This document shows, in pieces, positions 1 through 8,349 of a DNA stretch of 43,407 nt. Location: contig JABJGX010000011.1 of NCBI GenBank assembly GCA_018662075.1, positions 1-43,407 of the forward strand. Direction: 5' to 3'. The notes beneath the pieces were generated by a model. The model was not told the DNA's origin, ran no database searches, and worked only from the letters and a program-made list of their open reading frames with translations. The DNA is from Candidatus Peregrinibacteria bacterium (lineage in GTDB: Bacteria; Patescibacteriota; Gracilibacteria; Peribacterales; Peribacteraceae). Made by a program: the position numbers and the translations under genes. Every line of letters starts with the position of its first letter. The stretch's first letter is position 1.

Positions 1-96
1 ATCAATAACCTCTTTCGCTGCCTGCATAGGTGCACGACGCAACGATTCGAGAGTACTGTCTGCAAGCCGAGCGTTTTTATTTGGTAGAGGTGCCAT
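1..96 (-). CDS. hypothetical protein, N-terminal fragment running off the window edge
   Basis: ATG (reverse complement of cat at 94..96) opens a minus-strand frame, MAPLPNKNARLADSTLESLRRAPMQAAKEVID..., that continues to position 1. It is co-directional with the two upstream minus-strand ORFs. Confidence 0.3.
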   Translation of the reverse strand, partial: MAPLPNKNARLADSTLESLRRAPMQAAKEVID

Positions 97-123
97 AAAT
101 GAAATGTGTGTATGTATATATTT

Positions 124-369
124 TTATCTCTTTGCTTTTCCCGTGATAGCGCCAATAGCGTATCGAATAGGTGCTGCGATCGTATGATGTGTAATCTTCC
201 CAAGAGGTCGTGCTGCCTTAGCAGCTTCCTCAGAAAGATCTGCCGTTCCATGAAGGACAAAATCGAACGCTCGTGCAAAGCGAGAACGCTCTGCCTCTAC
301 AGAGTTTTGCTGAGGATTCGAGAACCCTTCAGTAGTAATCGGCCGTTCAGAATGGTTTGGATTTGCCAT
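124..369 (-). CDS. hypothetical small protein (81 aa)
   Basis: ORF-track entry. Its ATG at 369 lies 2 nt after the stop (372..374) of the upstream 363-aa ORF, an operon-like arrangement. I recognised no family. Confidence 0.4.
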   Translation of the reverse strand: MANPNHSERPITTEGFSNPQQNSVEAERSRFARAFDFVLHGTADLSEEAAKAARPLGKITHHTIAAPIRYAIGAITGKAKR

Positions 370-371
370 AT

Positions 372-1463
372 CTATACAGTTTCAAAAGTAAGATCGACGT
401 CTTCTCCTGCTGCATTCTGCAATGTAATTTTTGCAGTAGCAGGAACAACTTGACGCCTCACGATGTCGAGTACAGTTTCTGATGGAACTTTTCCTTTTAG
501 CTGTCCTCCAGAGTAGTTCACGACAATATCCATTTCTTTGGTATCTCGAATAACAGATTGTTTGATTCTAAGGTCCAAAAGACCTTCTGCCTTCAGCTTG
601 TACGACTTTGACGTACCATCCTCGAAAGAAGATGTGAATCCTGCAGGTGACTTCTTTGCACTAAGAACATTTCCATCAATCTTTACGGGAGCACTTTCAT
701 TAAGAAGATCTCCATGTGTAAGGAAAGTTTCAGGTGTAGCTTCAGCCTTCTCTGCAGGCTTCTTAGCTTCTACATCAGAGAAGTCTGCACCATTAGCGAC
801 AGCTGTAAGCAATGCGAAGTCTACAGTTGCACTTCCTTCTATACCCTGATCCTTCAACGCCTTACGTGCATTTTCAGATACACGCAAGAAGAACGTTTCC
901 AATGGAACTTTAGAGAACTTTTGCTTATGAACAGCCATCAAGCTCTTCATATTAGACTTACCTTTCTCGGTAACACCTTCAAAACCATGAACCTTCATAG
1001 CCTCTGCGAGCTGAGCTCTATCTGCACCAATAAATGCAGAAATAGTATCGAGCATCTTTGTATTCTTAAAGATTCCCAATTCCTTTATCTGTGAAATAAG
1101 TGAACCTGCCATAAATGCGAGCTTGTTTCTAAATTCACCCAATTTCTTCACCATTCCCTTCAGGTCGAGCTTACTAAAGAATCGTGCAGCAATAGTTTCA
1201 TTTTTCACATCAGTCACCTCTCCAGGCACTACCTCGTTTGGCGGTACTTCATTTCTAGGACTGCCTGCACCATCAATTTGTTTCTCCAGGTTTTCCGCCT
1301 TCAAGTCATCTAAATCAGCTGATGTCTCAGTTGTACTATCTGTACGCTCTTTTTTCTCTTCCATTGATTCAGTATTTTCAGGAGCATTATTAGTAGGCTC
1401 CTCAGCAGGTTCTATCTTATCATTTAAGCGCTCAGGATTTTGTGGTGGTAGCCTTTCTGTCAT
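372..1463 (-). CDS. hypothetical protein (363 aa) with an acidic, probably disordered N-terminus
   Basis: Longest ORF in the region; the overlapping plus-strand ORFs are low-complexity antisense artefacts. No recognisable domain. Confidence 0.6.
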   Translation of the reverse strand: MTERLPPQNPERLNDKIEPAEEPTNNAPENTESMEEKKERTDSTTETSADLDDLKAENLEKQIDGAGSPRNEVPPNEVVPGEVTDVKNETIAARFFSKLDLKGMVKKLGEFRNKLAFMAGSLISQIKELGIFKNTKMLDTISAFIGADRAQLAEAMKVHGFEGVTEKGKSNMKSLMAVHKQKFSKVPLETFFLRVSENARKALKDQGIEGSATVDFALLTAVANGADFSDVEAKKPAEKAEATPETFLTHGDLLNESAPVKIDGNVLSAKKSPAGFTSSFEDGTSKSYKLKAEGLLDLRIKQSVIRDTKEMDIVVNYSGGQLKGKVPSETVLDIVRRQVVPATAKITLQNAAGEDVDLTFETV

Positions 1464-1584
1464 ATGTGTTTGAGTAAATATTTCTAACTATTATAGCACA
1501 AATAAGGCCTTTGGCACAATTGATGTCTACAGAGCTAAAACATGGTATCCTTTATATGAATTTAGCTCATTCCCCCCTTACTTT

Positions 1585-1905
1585 ATGAATATCCAGCACT
1601 TCGAAAAAGGATTTCACTACAGCGATAAGGAATTGATAAAAATCGCTAAGAAAATAGGAAAATTGGCTACGTACTGCAAAAAGATCAAAGATGACGGTTC
1701 GTTTATCCGCATAGATGCAGAGCACAGGGAAACCGAAAAGAAAGAGGATGCCATGAAAGTAGCGATGACGATAAAGCTTCCAAATAAGGTTCTGCGTGCA
1801 GAATCTCGTAAGACAGACTCTATGGAAGCTGTCGATCGTTGTGTTGCAAAGCTAAAATCACAAGTACTCAAGTATAAAGAGACTCATTCATCGCATAAAC
1901 GTTAG
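1585..1905 (+). CDS. hpf: ribosome hibernation promoting factor / RaiA family (short form)
   Basis: 106-aa basic protein whose layout and C-terminal helix (AVDRCVAKLKSQVLKYKE) resemble the sigma-54 modulation protein / HPF family. Confidence 0.75.
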   Translation: MNIQHFEKGFHYSDKELIKIAKKIGKLATYCKKIKDDGSFIRIDAEHRETEKKEDAMKVAMTIKLPNKVLRAESRKTDSMEAVDRCVAKLKSQVLKYKETHSSHKR

Positions 1906-1923
1906 ACTTCTTCTTCCCTTCTT

Positions 1924-3432
1924 ATGAAACGCTCCATCCCAGCAGCACTTCTCTTTCTTGCAATACCACTTACGGTATTCGCACAAGAGGTTCCAAGTAT
2001 CGAACTCGATACGCCAACCGTCATTATTACAGGACCTGAAGAGGTAGAAGTTGGTCGAACCATTGTTCTTGATGCATCTGCAAGCCGAGGTGTCGGTACA
2101 GACCCCGAGTACAAATGGTTTAAAGGAGAAAGCACATACCCAATTAGCAGATCTGTCGAAGCTGTATTCACTCCAGAGTCCACAGGACTCGTTGACCTCC
2201 GTGTTGAAATTACAACAAAAGTCGATGGAGTAACATCAATATTTGAAGCAGCAAGAACTATCACCGTGTACGAACGAAAAATTGTCCTTCTTGCAGACAG
2301 TTCTATTCCGAAGGAAAAGCTACAGCTCCATCTGCAGTCAGCTGCTGAAGCAGGTGTATTCCTTCGCGTTCTGCAGCCAAAAGAGTCCGCTATTCCACTT
2401 GGAACAGAAGAGTCTATGTTCACGATGATCAACGAAGAAAGTGCAACGCTGAATGGTGCAGAGGCAGTCGTTTTATGGACAGAGGGAATCAAAGGGCTAC
2501 AGGCACTCATGCGTGCAGTAGAGAACAATGGTGAAAAATTTGAGTCCATTCATAATCAAACAATAGTTCTTATCACAGACCGCAGCCTTTCAACACTGGC
2601 ACGTACTGCAGGAGGCCCTTTTACGGTCATTCGGCCCGACCAGATACTGGTAACACGTAAAGAGGCAATTAATCCCCTTATCTCTGCAGAGAGCATTGAA
2701 GCTTTCCAGGAGGCTCTACAGCAAAGAGATATCGACTCTATTATCGTCGATGAAAGCACAACGGGGATTCGCCCATGGAACCTCCTTTCATCTCTGGTAA
2801 ACTACATGCTGACACATGGGGTCTCTAGCCAAACGGTCATCCTGCTATTGATGCTACCGATTATTGCGACCATTCTTGCCTTCTTTAAACAGGTTATCGG
2901 AATTACAACATTTGGACTCTACACCCCGTCTATTGTTGCACTCAGCTTTTTGGCTCTAGGATGGCAAATTGGCCTCCTATTCCTTCTCTTCATCCTGATT
3001 ACAGGATATGCAACCCGTTCACTTATGCGTAAATGGAGACTGTTATACATTCCAAAAGTAGCCATTATCCTGACAGTCGTCAGCCTTACTGTACTCGTTC
3101 TTCTGGGCATTGGCGCATACGTAGGAATCACACTATCAGGTGATACCATCTTCGTACTTCTGATTATGTCCACATTGGCAGAAAGCTTCCTTACGGTGAA
3201 ATCTGAAGAAGGATGGAAAGCTGCATCATTTGGTATCGGAGAAACAGTACTCGCAGCACTTGTCTGTGTGTTCATTGTGCAGTGGTCATTCCTGCAGTCA
3301 CTTATACTTGCCTACCCAGAACTCATCTTACTCACCGTTGGTGTGAACGTCTTCCTTGGTAGATGGACAGGACTCAGGCTCGTTGAGTATTTCCGTTTTA
3401 GGGAAGTCTTTAAACACATTCAAGAAGAATAG
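1924..3432 (+). CDS. secreted PKD/Ig-like plus alpha/beta domain protein with a C-terminal 7TM module of the type that accompanies RimK-like ATP-grasp genes
   Basis: Signal peptide MKRSIPAALLFLAIPLTVFAQE. PKD-like stretch VLDASASRGVGTDPEYKWF. About 7 hydrophobic helices over aa ~290-490, ending GRWTGLRLVEYFRFREVFKHIQEE. The stop lies 2 nt before the ATG of the ATP-grasp gene. Confidence 0.7.
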   Translation: MKRSIPAALLFLAIPLTVFAQEVPSIELDTPTVIITGPEEVEVGRTIVLDASASRGVGTDPEYKWFKGESTYPISRSVEAVFTPESTGLVDLRVEITTKVDGVTSIFEAARTITVYERKIVLLADSSIPKEKLQLHLQSAAEAGVFLRVLQPKESAIPLGTEESMFTMINEESATLNGAEAVVLWTEGIKGLQALMRAVENNGEKFESIHNQTIVLITDRSLSTLARTAGGPFTVIRPDQILVTRKEAINPLISAESIEAFQEALQQRDIDSIIVDESTTGIRPWNLLSSLVNYMLTHGVSSQTVILLLMLPIIATILAFFKQVIGITTFGLYTPSIVALSFLALGWQIGLLFLLFILITGYATRSLMRKWRLLYIPKVAIILTVVSLTVLVLLGIGAYVGITLSGDTIFVLLIMSTLAESFLTVKSEEGWKAASFGIGETVLAALVCVFIVQWSFLQSLILAYPELILLTVGVNVFLGRWTGLRLVEYFRFREVFKHIQEE

Positions 3433-3434
3433 GC

Positions 3435-5810
3435 ATGTTTCCTTTTTTCTCCAATCACGGCGTTTTAGGGTTAAATGCTCGAAGTCTCTTGTACATCAAA
3501 CCCTTCAATCCTAAAAAAGCTACTGCCTTTGCAGACAGCAAGCTGAAGAGTAAAGCGTATCTTGCAGCCCGTGGCATACCTGTTGCAAAACTCTATGGAC
3601 GTATAGATACGCGCGATCAATTGTTGCAGTTCGACTTCTCGCACCTTCCAAACGAATGTGTACTAAAGCCTAATTATGGGTATGGAGGAGAAGGAATTAT
3701 TGTTCTTCGTGGAAGGGATAAACAAGGACGGTTTTTACGCAATGGAAAGGTAGCTATGACAGACCAGGAACTCCGTGAACATATAGAAGATATCTTGGAT
3801 GGTAAATTCTCACTAAAAGGACGATTAGACACTGCATTCTTCGAGCAGATCTTGCACAGTCATCCCTGCTTCGCAAAATTCCGACCAGCAGGACTTCCAG
3901 ACCTAAGAATCATTGTATTTAACCTAGTGCCGGTCATGGCAATGGCACGTATTCCAACGGCCAATAGCGACGGAAAGGCGAACATTCACCTTGGTGGACT
4001 CGGTATCGGAATAGACATTGCAAAGGGGACAACCACCTACGCAGCCCAATACCACGGCATGATAGAAGAGCTACCACACGGAGGCTCTCCTGCGGGTCAT
4101 CAAATCCCCTACTGGGATGAAATCCTCCTCATCTGTTCCCAGATTCAGCAAATTACAAATATTGGATACCTAGCGGTAGACATTGCCCTTGACGAACTTA
4201 TGGGGCCCGTACTCCTAGAGGTAAATGCAAGAGCAGGGCTCATGGTACAGGTCGCAAATCTAGCACCTCTAAGGGCACGACTAAAGCGTGTCACTGGCCT
4301 AAAGGTAGACTCTCCAGAAAAGGGAGTGCGCCTCGGGCAAGACCTCTTTGGAAGCAAAACGAAAAAGTCGAACAGCAGTGATCAAAACGGGAAGCCAACC
4401 CTAGGTGTGCAAGAAAATATCTCTATCACCCTTGGTGATGGATCGACCATAGAGCTCAACGCAAAAATCGCCAGCGACCAAGAGCGCACCGTGTTTAGCA
4501 AAAAACTCATCACTGAACTACAAGAGAAAAAAGGTGCAGAACCAGATAAAGATACCGAAGGATTATATCGTGTGAAGTTCACACTAGAAGGAAAGAAGAT
4601 CCAAACCCTTGTGCAGTCAGAAGACCTCGGAGGAACGGATAGAGCAATTATTGGGTCTCGTGACTTAAGTGGATTCCTTATCGACCCATCCAAGAAAGCG
4701 CTGCCTGTCTCTACGCAAAAAGCCGTGCAGAAAACAGACCTCCGTGCTGTAGACCGCCTCCTTGGTCAAATAGATAAAGATCTACTTCTTCTAAAACACA
4801 TCAAACCTATCAACCTCGATGAAGAAATGGACAGACTAAAAGAGGATGCACTCTACAACCCAACCTTCCTCTACTCCGAAATGGGTAGCAGCCTAGAAGA
4901 TGCGAAGAAGAGAATAAAAGACACCGTTAAGGATGACTCTTCACTGGGAGTACTTCTAGAGAAAAAACGAAAAGAGCTCGTCAATCGCATTACCTTACTC
5001 GAGGCACGAGGAAAGAATGCAGAGTTTACAAAAGCCTCTGAAAAGCTCTTTGGTCGTCCGACAAAAGCACTTATCACTAGCGCAGAAAAAGAGATTGCTG
5101 CGCAGATAGCATGCGATTTAAAGCCACAAGACAAAGACATGATTAATGCTGAAAATGCACAAAAGAAATTCAGAGAAGCTATAGAACAATACTCACTCCA
5201 CGAGTGGAGTGTAGATATAAGGACTAAACTTGTATCTCGTGTAACCGTTGGAGGTAATAAAGTATACATACGTGAAGATGCAATGTTTTCAGAACAAGAC
5301 ATTGCTGCACTTATCGCCCATGAAATAGAGACGCACGTATTAACATCTGAGAATGGTAGCCACCAACCATATGCGATTCTTCGTCGTGGGTGTGCTAATT
5401 ATTTAGATACACAAGAAGGGCTCGCTATTTACAACGAAAGAGGTGTGCTCAGCTCACATGCCGAAAAGAGGTACAACTCTGCGCGGAACATTATTGGACT
5501 CGAATACAGTTTGCATCACAGCCTTGCCCAAACACGAACATTTCTTCAAATAGAACTCGGCTATTCATCAGACAAAGCGCTGCAACAGTGTATTTCTATG
5601 AAACGTGGCCTGGGTGACACATCAGAACCTGGCGGATTTACCAAAAGCATGGCGTACTTCAGGGGCCTCAAAGCCATTGAAGCATTCGTGGAAAAAGGGG
5701 GAGACCTAAAGCGGTTATATATAGGAAAAATTTCTATCGAGGACCTGGAAATAATTGAAAAACTACCAGAGCTAACACCACCTCTTATTCTTCCAGACTT
5801 CCTTCGTTAG
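3435..5810 (+). CDS. fusion protein: RimK-related alpha-L-glutamate-ligase-like ATP-grasp (N-terminal) plus DUF1704/MATCAP-like QEGLA-motif zinc carboxypeptidase (C-terminal)
   Basis: N-terminal ~290 aa carry ATP-grasp motifs (VLKPNYGYGGEGIIV, DLRIIVFNLVPVMAMARIP, GPVLLEVNARAGL). The C-terminal part has HEIETH (5319..5336) and, ~30 aa later, TQEGLAIYNE (QEGLA at 5412..5426), a gluzincin-like spacing. The ~190-aa linker is unassigned. Confidence 0.8.
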   Translation: MFPFFSNHGVLGLNARSLLYIKPFNPKKATAFADSKLKSKAYLAARGIPVAKLYGRIDTRDQLLQFDFSHLPNECVLKPNYGYGGEGIIVLRGRDKQGRFLRNGKVAMTDQELREHIEDILDGKFSLKGRLDTAFFEQILHSHPCFAKFRPAGLPDLRIIVFNLVPVMAMARIPTANSDGKANIHLGGLGIGIDIAKGTTTYAAQYHGMIEELPHGGSPAGHQIPYWDEILLICSQIQQITNIGYLAVDIALDELMGPVLLEVNARAGLMVQVANLAPLRARLKRVTGLKVDSPEKGVRLGQDLFGSKTKKSNSSDQNGKPTLGVQENISITLGDGSTIELNAKIASDQERTVFSKKLITELQEKKGAEPDKDTEGLYRVKFTLEGKKIQTLVQSEDLGGTDRAIIGSRDLSGFLIDPSKKALPVSTQKAVQKTDLRAVDRLLGQIDKDLLLLKHIKPINLDEEMDRLKEDALYNPTFLYSEMGSSLEDAKKRIKDTVKDDSSLGVLLEKKRKELVNRITLLEARGKNAEFTKASEKLFGRPTKALITSAEKEIAAQIACDLKPQDKDMINAENAQKKFREAIEQYSLHEWSVDIRTKLVSRVTVGGNKVYIREDAMFSEQDIAALIAHEIETHVLTSENGSHQPYAILRRGCANYLDTQEGLAIYNERGVLSSHAEKRYNSARNIIGLEYSLHHSLAQTRTFLQIELGYSSDKALQQCISMKRGLGDTSEPGGFTKSMAYFRGLKAIEAFVEKGGDLKRLYIGKISIEDLEIIEKLPELTPPLILPDFLR

Positions 5811-5813
5811 TAC

Positions 5814-5859
5814 CAACCTAACCCTACCCCCTACTCCCTAACCCTAATTCCTACTCCCA
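5814..5859 (-). repeat. G-tract-rich 3'-end element, copy A (second copy at 37091..37133)
   Basis: On the minus strand it reads TGGGAGTAGGAATTAGGGTTAGGGAGTAGGGGGTAGGGTTAGGTTG. It aligns by eye at ~85% with the copy at 37091..37133. Its first 9 nt are Trp-Glu-stop of the DUF3048 gene. Confidence 0.6.
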
Positions 5860-6777
5860 GCTAACGCGTTCTAGTGTTGGAAGTACCGTCATCCATACTT
5901 GCCCCTCGGCAAATGGAATGTCTTGCCCTGCTGCATCTGTAATGCGGAATGGCTCTTTAAAACTTGAACGACTCCAGCGCGCATCCCACATCTTTCCACT
6001 GTGAAACACCTGCGCCTTACCACCACCATTCAGCGTCATGAATAACCTACCGTAAGCGCCAATCTCATCTATTGGAACTTCCATAATAACCACCGTACTA
6101 GGCCTTGCTGCGCTAATTGTCTCACCATTTGTTCTCTCGTATTTCTGTGACAGAGGCTGGAAATCAAAAGATACATTGTGCAGTACATTGAAAAAATTCA
6201 CGCGTATAGACTCTGCAGTCTCCCCTGCCTCAGGCATTCCTTTTTTAAAAGGAGGCCACAACACCGGACGCAAAAGACTTTCTGGAACCTCTGCAAGGAA
6301 AGATTTAATCAAGTCCTTATTCAGAAACAAATCATGAGGAGCAGCTGGTCCAACTTTACGCAGGGAGCCATGCTCATCATCGAAGTAGAGTAAGTTACGT
6401 GCAAAGAAATTTTTCCCATTGGTCACTCTTTCTAGAGCTTCAGGACTTCCCCCAGCATGGAATACCGTTCGAGACCACGGAGCAATACTATCAAGGAAAT
6501 ACGGACGTAAAGAACGCACTGGTCCAATCTCTCTTGGAATAGCTCGTGCATCAAATGTTGCTACAAAGCGGGAGATAAACCCTTCAACCAAGAACTCCTG
6601 CACCATCACTGCATCCTCTATTCCTGCATGATAAGGCCTCGCATCCTCATGATTTTCAATAACAACCGAGAAGAATGTTTGCTCGGTATTAAAATACCCA
6701 TTCACATATGCAAAAAGAACCGCTGCGCTTAATACTGTAAGTACGATAATAACAAATGGCAGAAACCGAGAAATCAT
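5851..6777 (-). CDS. DUF3048 (YerB-like) family protein with an N-terminal membrane anchor
   Basis: N-terminal TM segment FLPFVIIVLTVLSAAVLFAYV, and the motif VVIENHEDARPYHAGIEDAVMVQEFLVEGFISRFVATF, which is typical of DUF3048. Confidence 0.7.
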   Translation of the reverse strand: MISRFLPFVIIVLTVLSAAVLFAYVNGYFNTEQTFFSVVIENHEDARPYHAGIEDAVMVQEFLVEGFISRFVATFDARAIPREIGPVRSLRPYFLDSIAPWSRTVFHAGGSPEALERVTNGKNFFARNLLYFDDEHGSLRKVGPAAPHDLFLNKDLIKSFLAEVPESLLRPVLWPPFKKGMPEAGETAESIRVNFFNVLHNVSFDFQPLSQKYERTNGETISAARPSTVVIMEVPIDEIGAYGRLFMTLNGGGKAQVFHSGKMWDARWSRSSFKEPFRITDAAGQDIPFAEGQVWMTVLPTLERVSWE

Positions 6778-6788
6778 AGGAAGTGTGT

Positions 6789-7451
6789 TTATTCAGATTT
6801 TGCTTCTTCACCTTCTTTTTTGTCGCCTTCTTCACCTTCTTTCTTTTCTCCTTCTTCATCTTCAGTAGCAGCTGCTTCTTCCTGAACTTCTTCTACAGCA
6901 GCACGTGGCTCCTGAACAGTGGCGATCATCGTGTCGGGCTCGTCCATAATCTGTACACCATCCATAGGGAGAATGTCTGATGCATGAAGTGCATCTCCGA
7001 ACTCCTTAAGACTTGAAAGACTAATATGAAGTGCGTGTGGAAGGTTTGCTGGCAAGCAATGCACAGTAACGTGATCGTTTGTCGTGATAAGTACTCCGTT
7101 AAGAGTCTTTACCGCTTCAGACTCGTCGATGAATTCGAGTGGGATCTGTGCTTCGATCTCCTTCTTCATGTTCACAGCGTAGAAATCAACATGAATAATT
7201 CTGTCACTAACAGGATCAAATGAGAGATCATGGAAGAGAGAAGGAACCTTCTTACCGTCAATATCAAGGTCTACAATTGTACTTCCTCCAGCCTGAACGT
7301 ATGCCTTATAGATCTCGCTATAATCACACTGAATAGACGTATTCTCTGCCTCGTTGCCATAAACAACACCAGGAACGATGCTCTCCCTGCGAAGAACTTT
7401 TGCAGGTGTGTCTGCCAAGCGGGCCTTTGCTTTGAGTGAAATCATTTCCAT
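6789..7451 (-). CDS. rplY: 50S ribosomal protein L25 / general stress protein Ctc, with an acidic E/K/G-rich C-terminal tail
   Basis: LRRESIVPGVVYGNEAENTSIQ...HDLSFDPVSDRIIHVDFYAV matches the L25/Ctc N- and C-domains. Confidence 0.85.
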   Translation of the reverse strand: MEMISLKAKARLADTPAKVLRRESIVPGVVYGNEAENTSIQCDYSEIYKAYVQAGGSTIVDLDIDGKKVPSLFHDLSFDPVSDRIIHVDFYAVNMKKEIEAQIPLEFIDESEAVKTLNGVLITTNDHVTVHCLPANLPHALHISLSSLKEFGDALHASDILPMDGVQIMDEPDTMIATVQEPRAAVEEVQEEAAATEDEEGEKKEGEEGDKKEGEEAKSE

Positions 7452-7509
7452 AAGAAAGCCGTCAAAGGCTACGGGAGAGGCATTGCAGCGTCAACAAAAA
7501 AACGGACAA

Positions 7510-8310
7510 CTACGAATGTTTCCCTTTCCACTTCCAAAAGTACTTAAATGCGCTAGAAACGTGAATTCTTCCAGTTTTTTTAAATAATAGGTCCCAAAAA
7601 CTCTCTCCACTAAGTCGATTTTTTCTATCTGAAGCACTTACAGAAGGGAGGTATATCACTTTTTTCCCAACTTCATGACACCGACGACAAAGATCTGTAT
7701 CTTCAAAGAAGAGGAAAAACCGCTCATCAAACCCGCCAAGCTTCTGAAAAAGATCCCGTCGCATCATGAAGCAACCACCAATAGCCCAGTCTACCTCCTG
7801 CTCTTCATCCAAATTCGTATCCTTCATCAAATACCCATCTAAATACGATGGGAACATGTTCCCAAAAAAGCTTCGTCGAGACACGATATCGGATATGTGT
7901 GGGTAGCGACGAATAGAAAGGCGCTGTGTACCATCATTATGAATAAGACGTGGGGCAACAATGCCAGCATCATCATTCTTCTGAAGGTACGCAACCATCT
8001 TCTCTATCCCCTGTGGCTCTAAGACCTTATCAGGGTTATTCACCACTACAAACTCCCCTACGGCATACGTTATGCCTGCGTTATACCCAGACCCAAACCC
8101 TTCATTGGAAGGAGTCTCTATAAACCGAACATTATGAAACTTCCGTAACTGCGTACGCAAAATTCCAATAGAGTCATCATCTGAATGATTATCAATAACT
8201 AAAATCTCTATTTGAGAGACCAGAGTTTGCTCCTGCAATGCCTTCACACAACGCACTGTGGCATTTGCGTTACGGAAGTTTAGAATAAGAACAGAAACGA
8301 GAGGTTGCAT
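7510..8310 (-). CDS. family 2 glycosyltransferase
   Basis: N-terminal VSVLILNFRN...EILVIDNHSDDDS and a later DxD-like FFEDTDL; typical GT-A/GT2 layout. Confidence 0.85.
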   Translation of the reverse strand: MQPLVSVLILNFRNANATVRCVKALQEQTLVSQIEILVIDNHSDDDSIGILRTQLRKFHNVRFIETPSNEGFGSGYNAGITYAVGEFVVVNNPDKVLEPQGIEKMVAYLQKNDDAGIVAPRLIHNDGTQRLSIRRYPHISDIVSRRSFFGNMFPSYLDGYLMKDTNLDEEQEVDWAIGGCFMMRRDLFQKLGGFDERFFLFFEDTDLCRRCHEVGKKVIYLPSVSASDRKNRLSGESFWDLLFKKTGRIHVSSAFKYFWKWKGKHS

Positions 8311-8349
8311 ACTAGCTCAGAGTAACGCTCTGTGAGAAGATAGCAACCA

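Noticed and set aside
538-1473. The plus-strand ORFs 538..849, 714..1094 and 1123..1473, and many similar 60-140-aa ORFs antisense to long genes throughout the track.
   Set aside because: They lie entirely inside longer ORFs on the opposite strand that have recognisable or better-behaved products. Their translations are low-complexity, rich in Ser, Leu, Phe and Cys, as is typical of antisense frames.
1523-1588. A 21-codon ORF upstream of hpf whose TGA stop overlaps the hpf ATG.
   Set aside because: It has no promoter or conservation evidence. It would be one of only two TGA-terminated ORFs in a window that otherwise avoids TGA, so it is probably fortuitous.
5811-5862. CCCTAA/TTAGGG-like units, considered as a telomeric or other tandem-repeat array.
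   Set aside because: There are only a few irregular units, and they sit between two ordinary convergent genes. I treated this as a dispersed G-tract element instead.
6789-6870. Repetitive CTTCTTCACCTTC-type DNA here and at about 30150..30240, considered as a possible tandem repeat or CRISPR-like array.
   Set aside because: Both stretches are the coding sequence of E/K/G-rich low-complexity tails, in L25 and in the thioredoxin lipoprotein linker. There is no repeat-spacer periodicity.
8318-8332. CAGAG-TAACG-CTCTG upstream of uvrC, considered as an SOS/LexA-type operator.
   Set aside because: It does not match any LexA box consensus I know, the stem is short, and it is a single occurrence.
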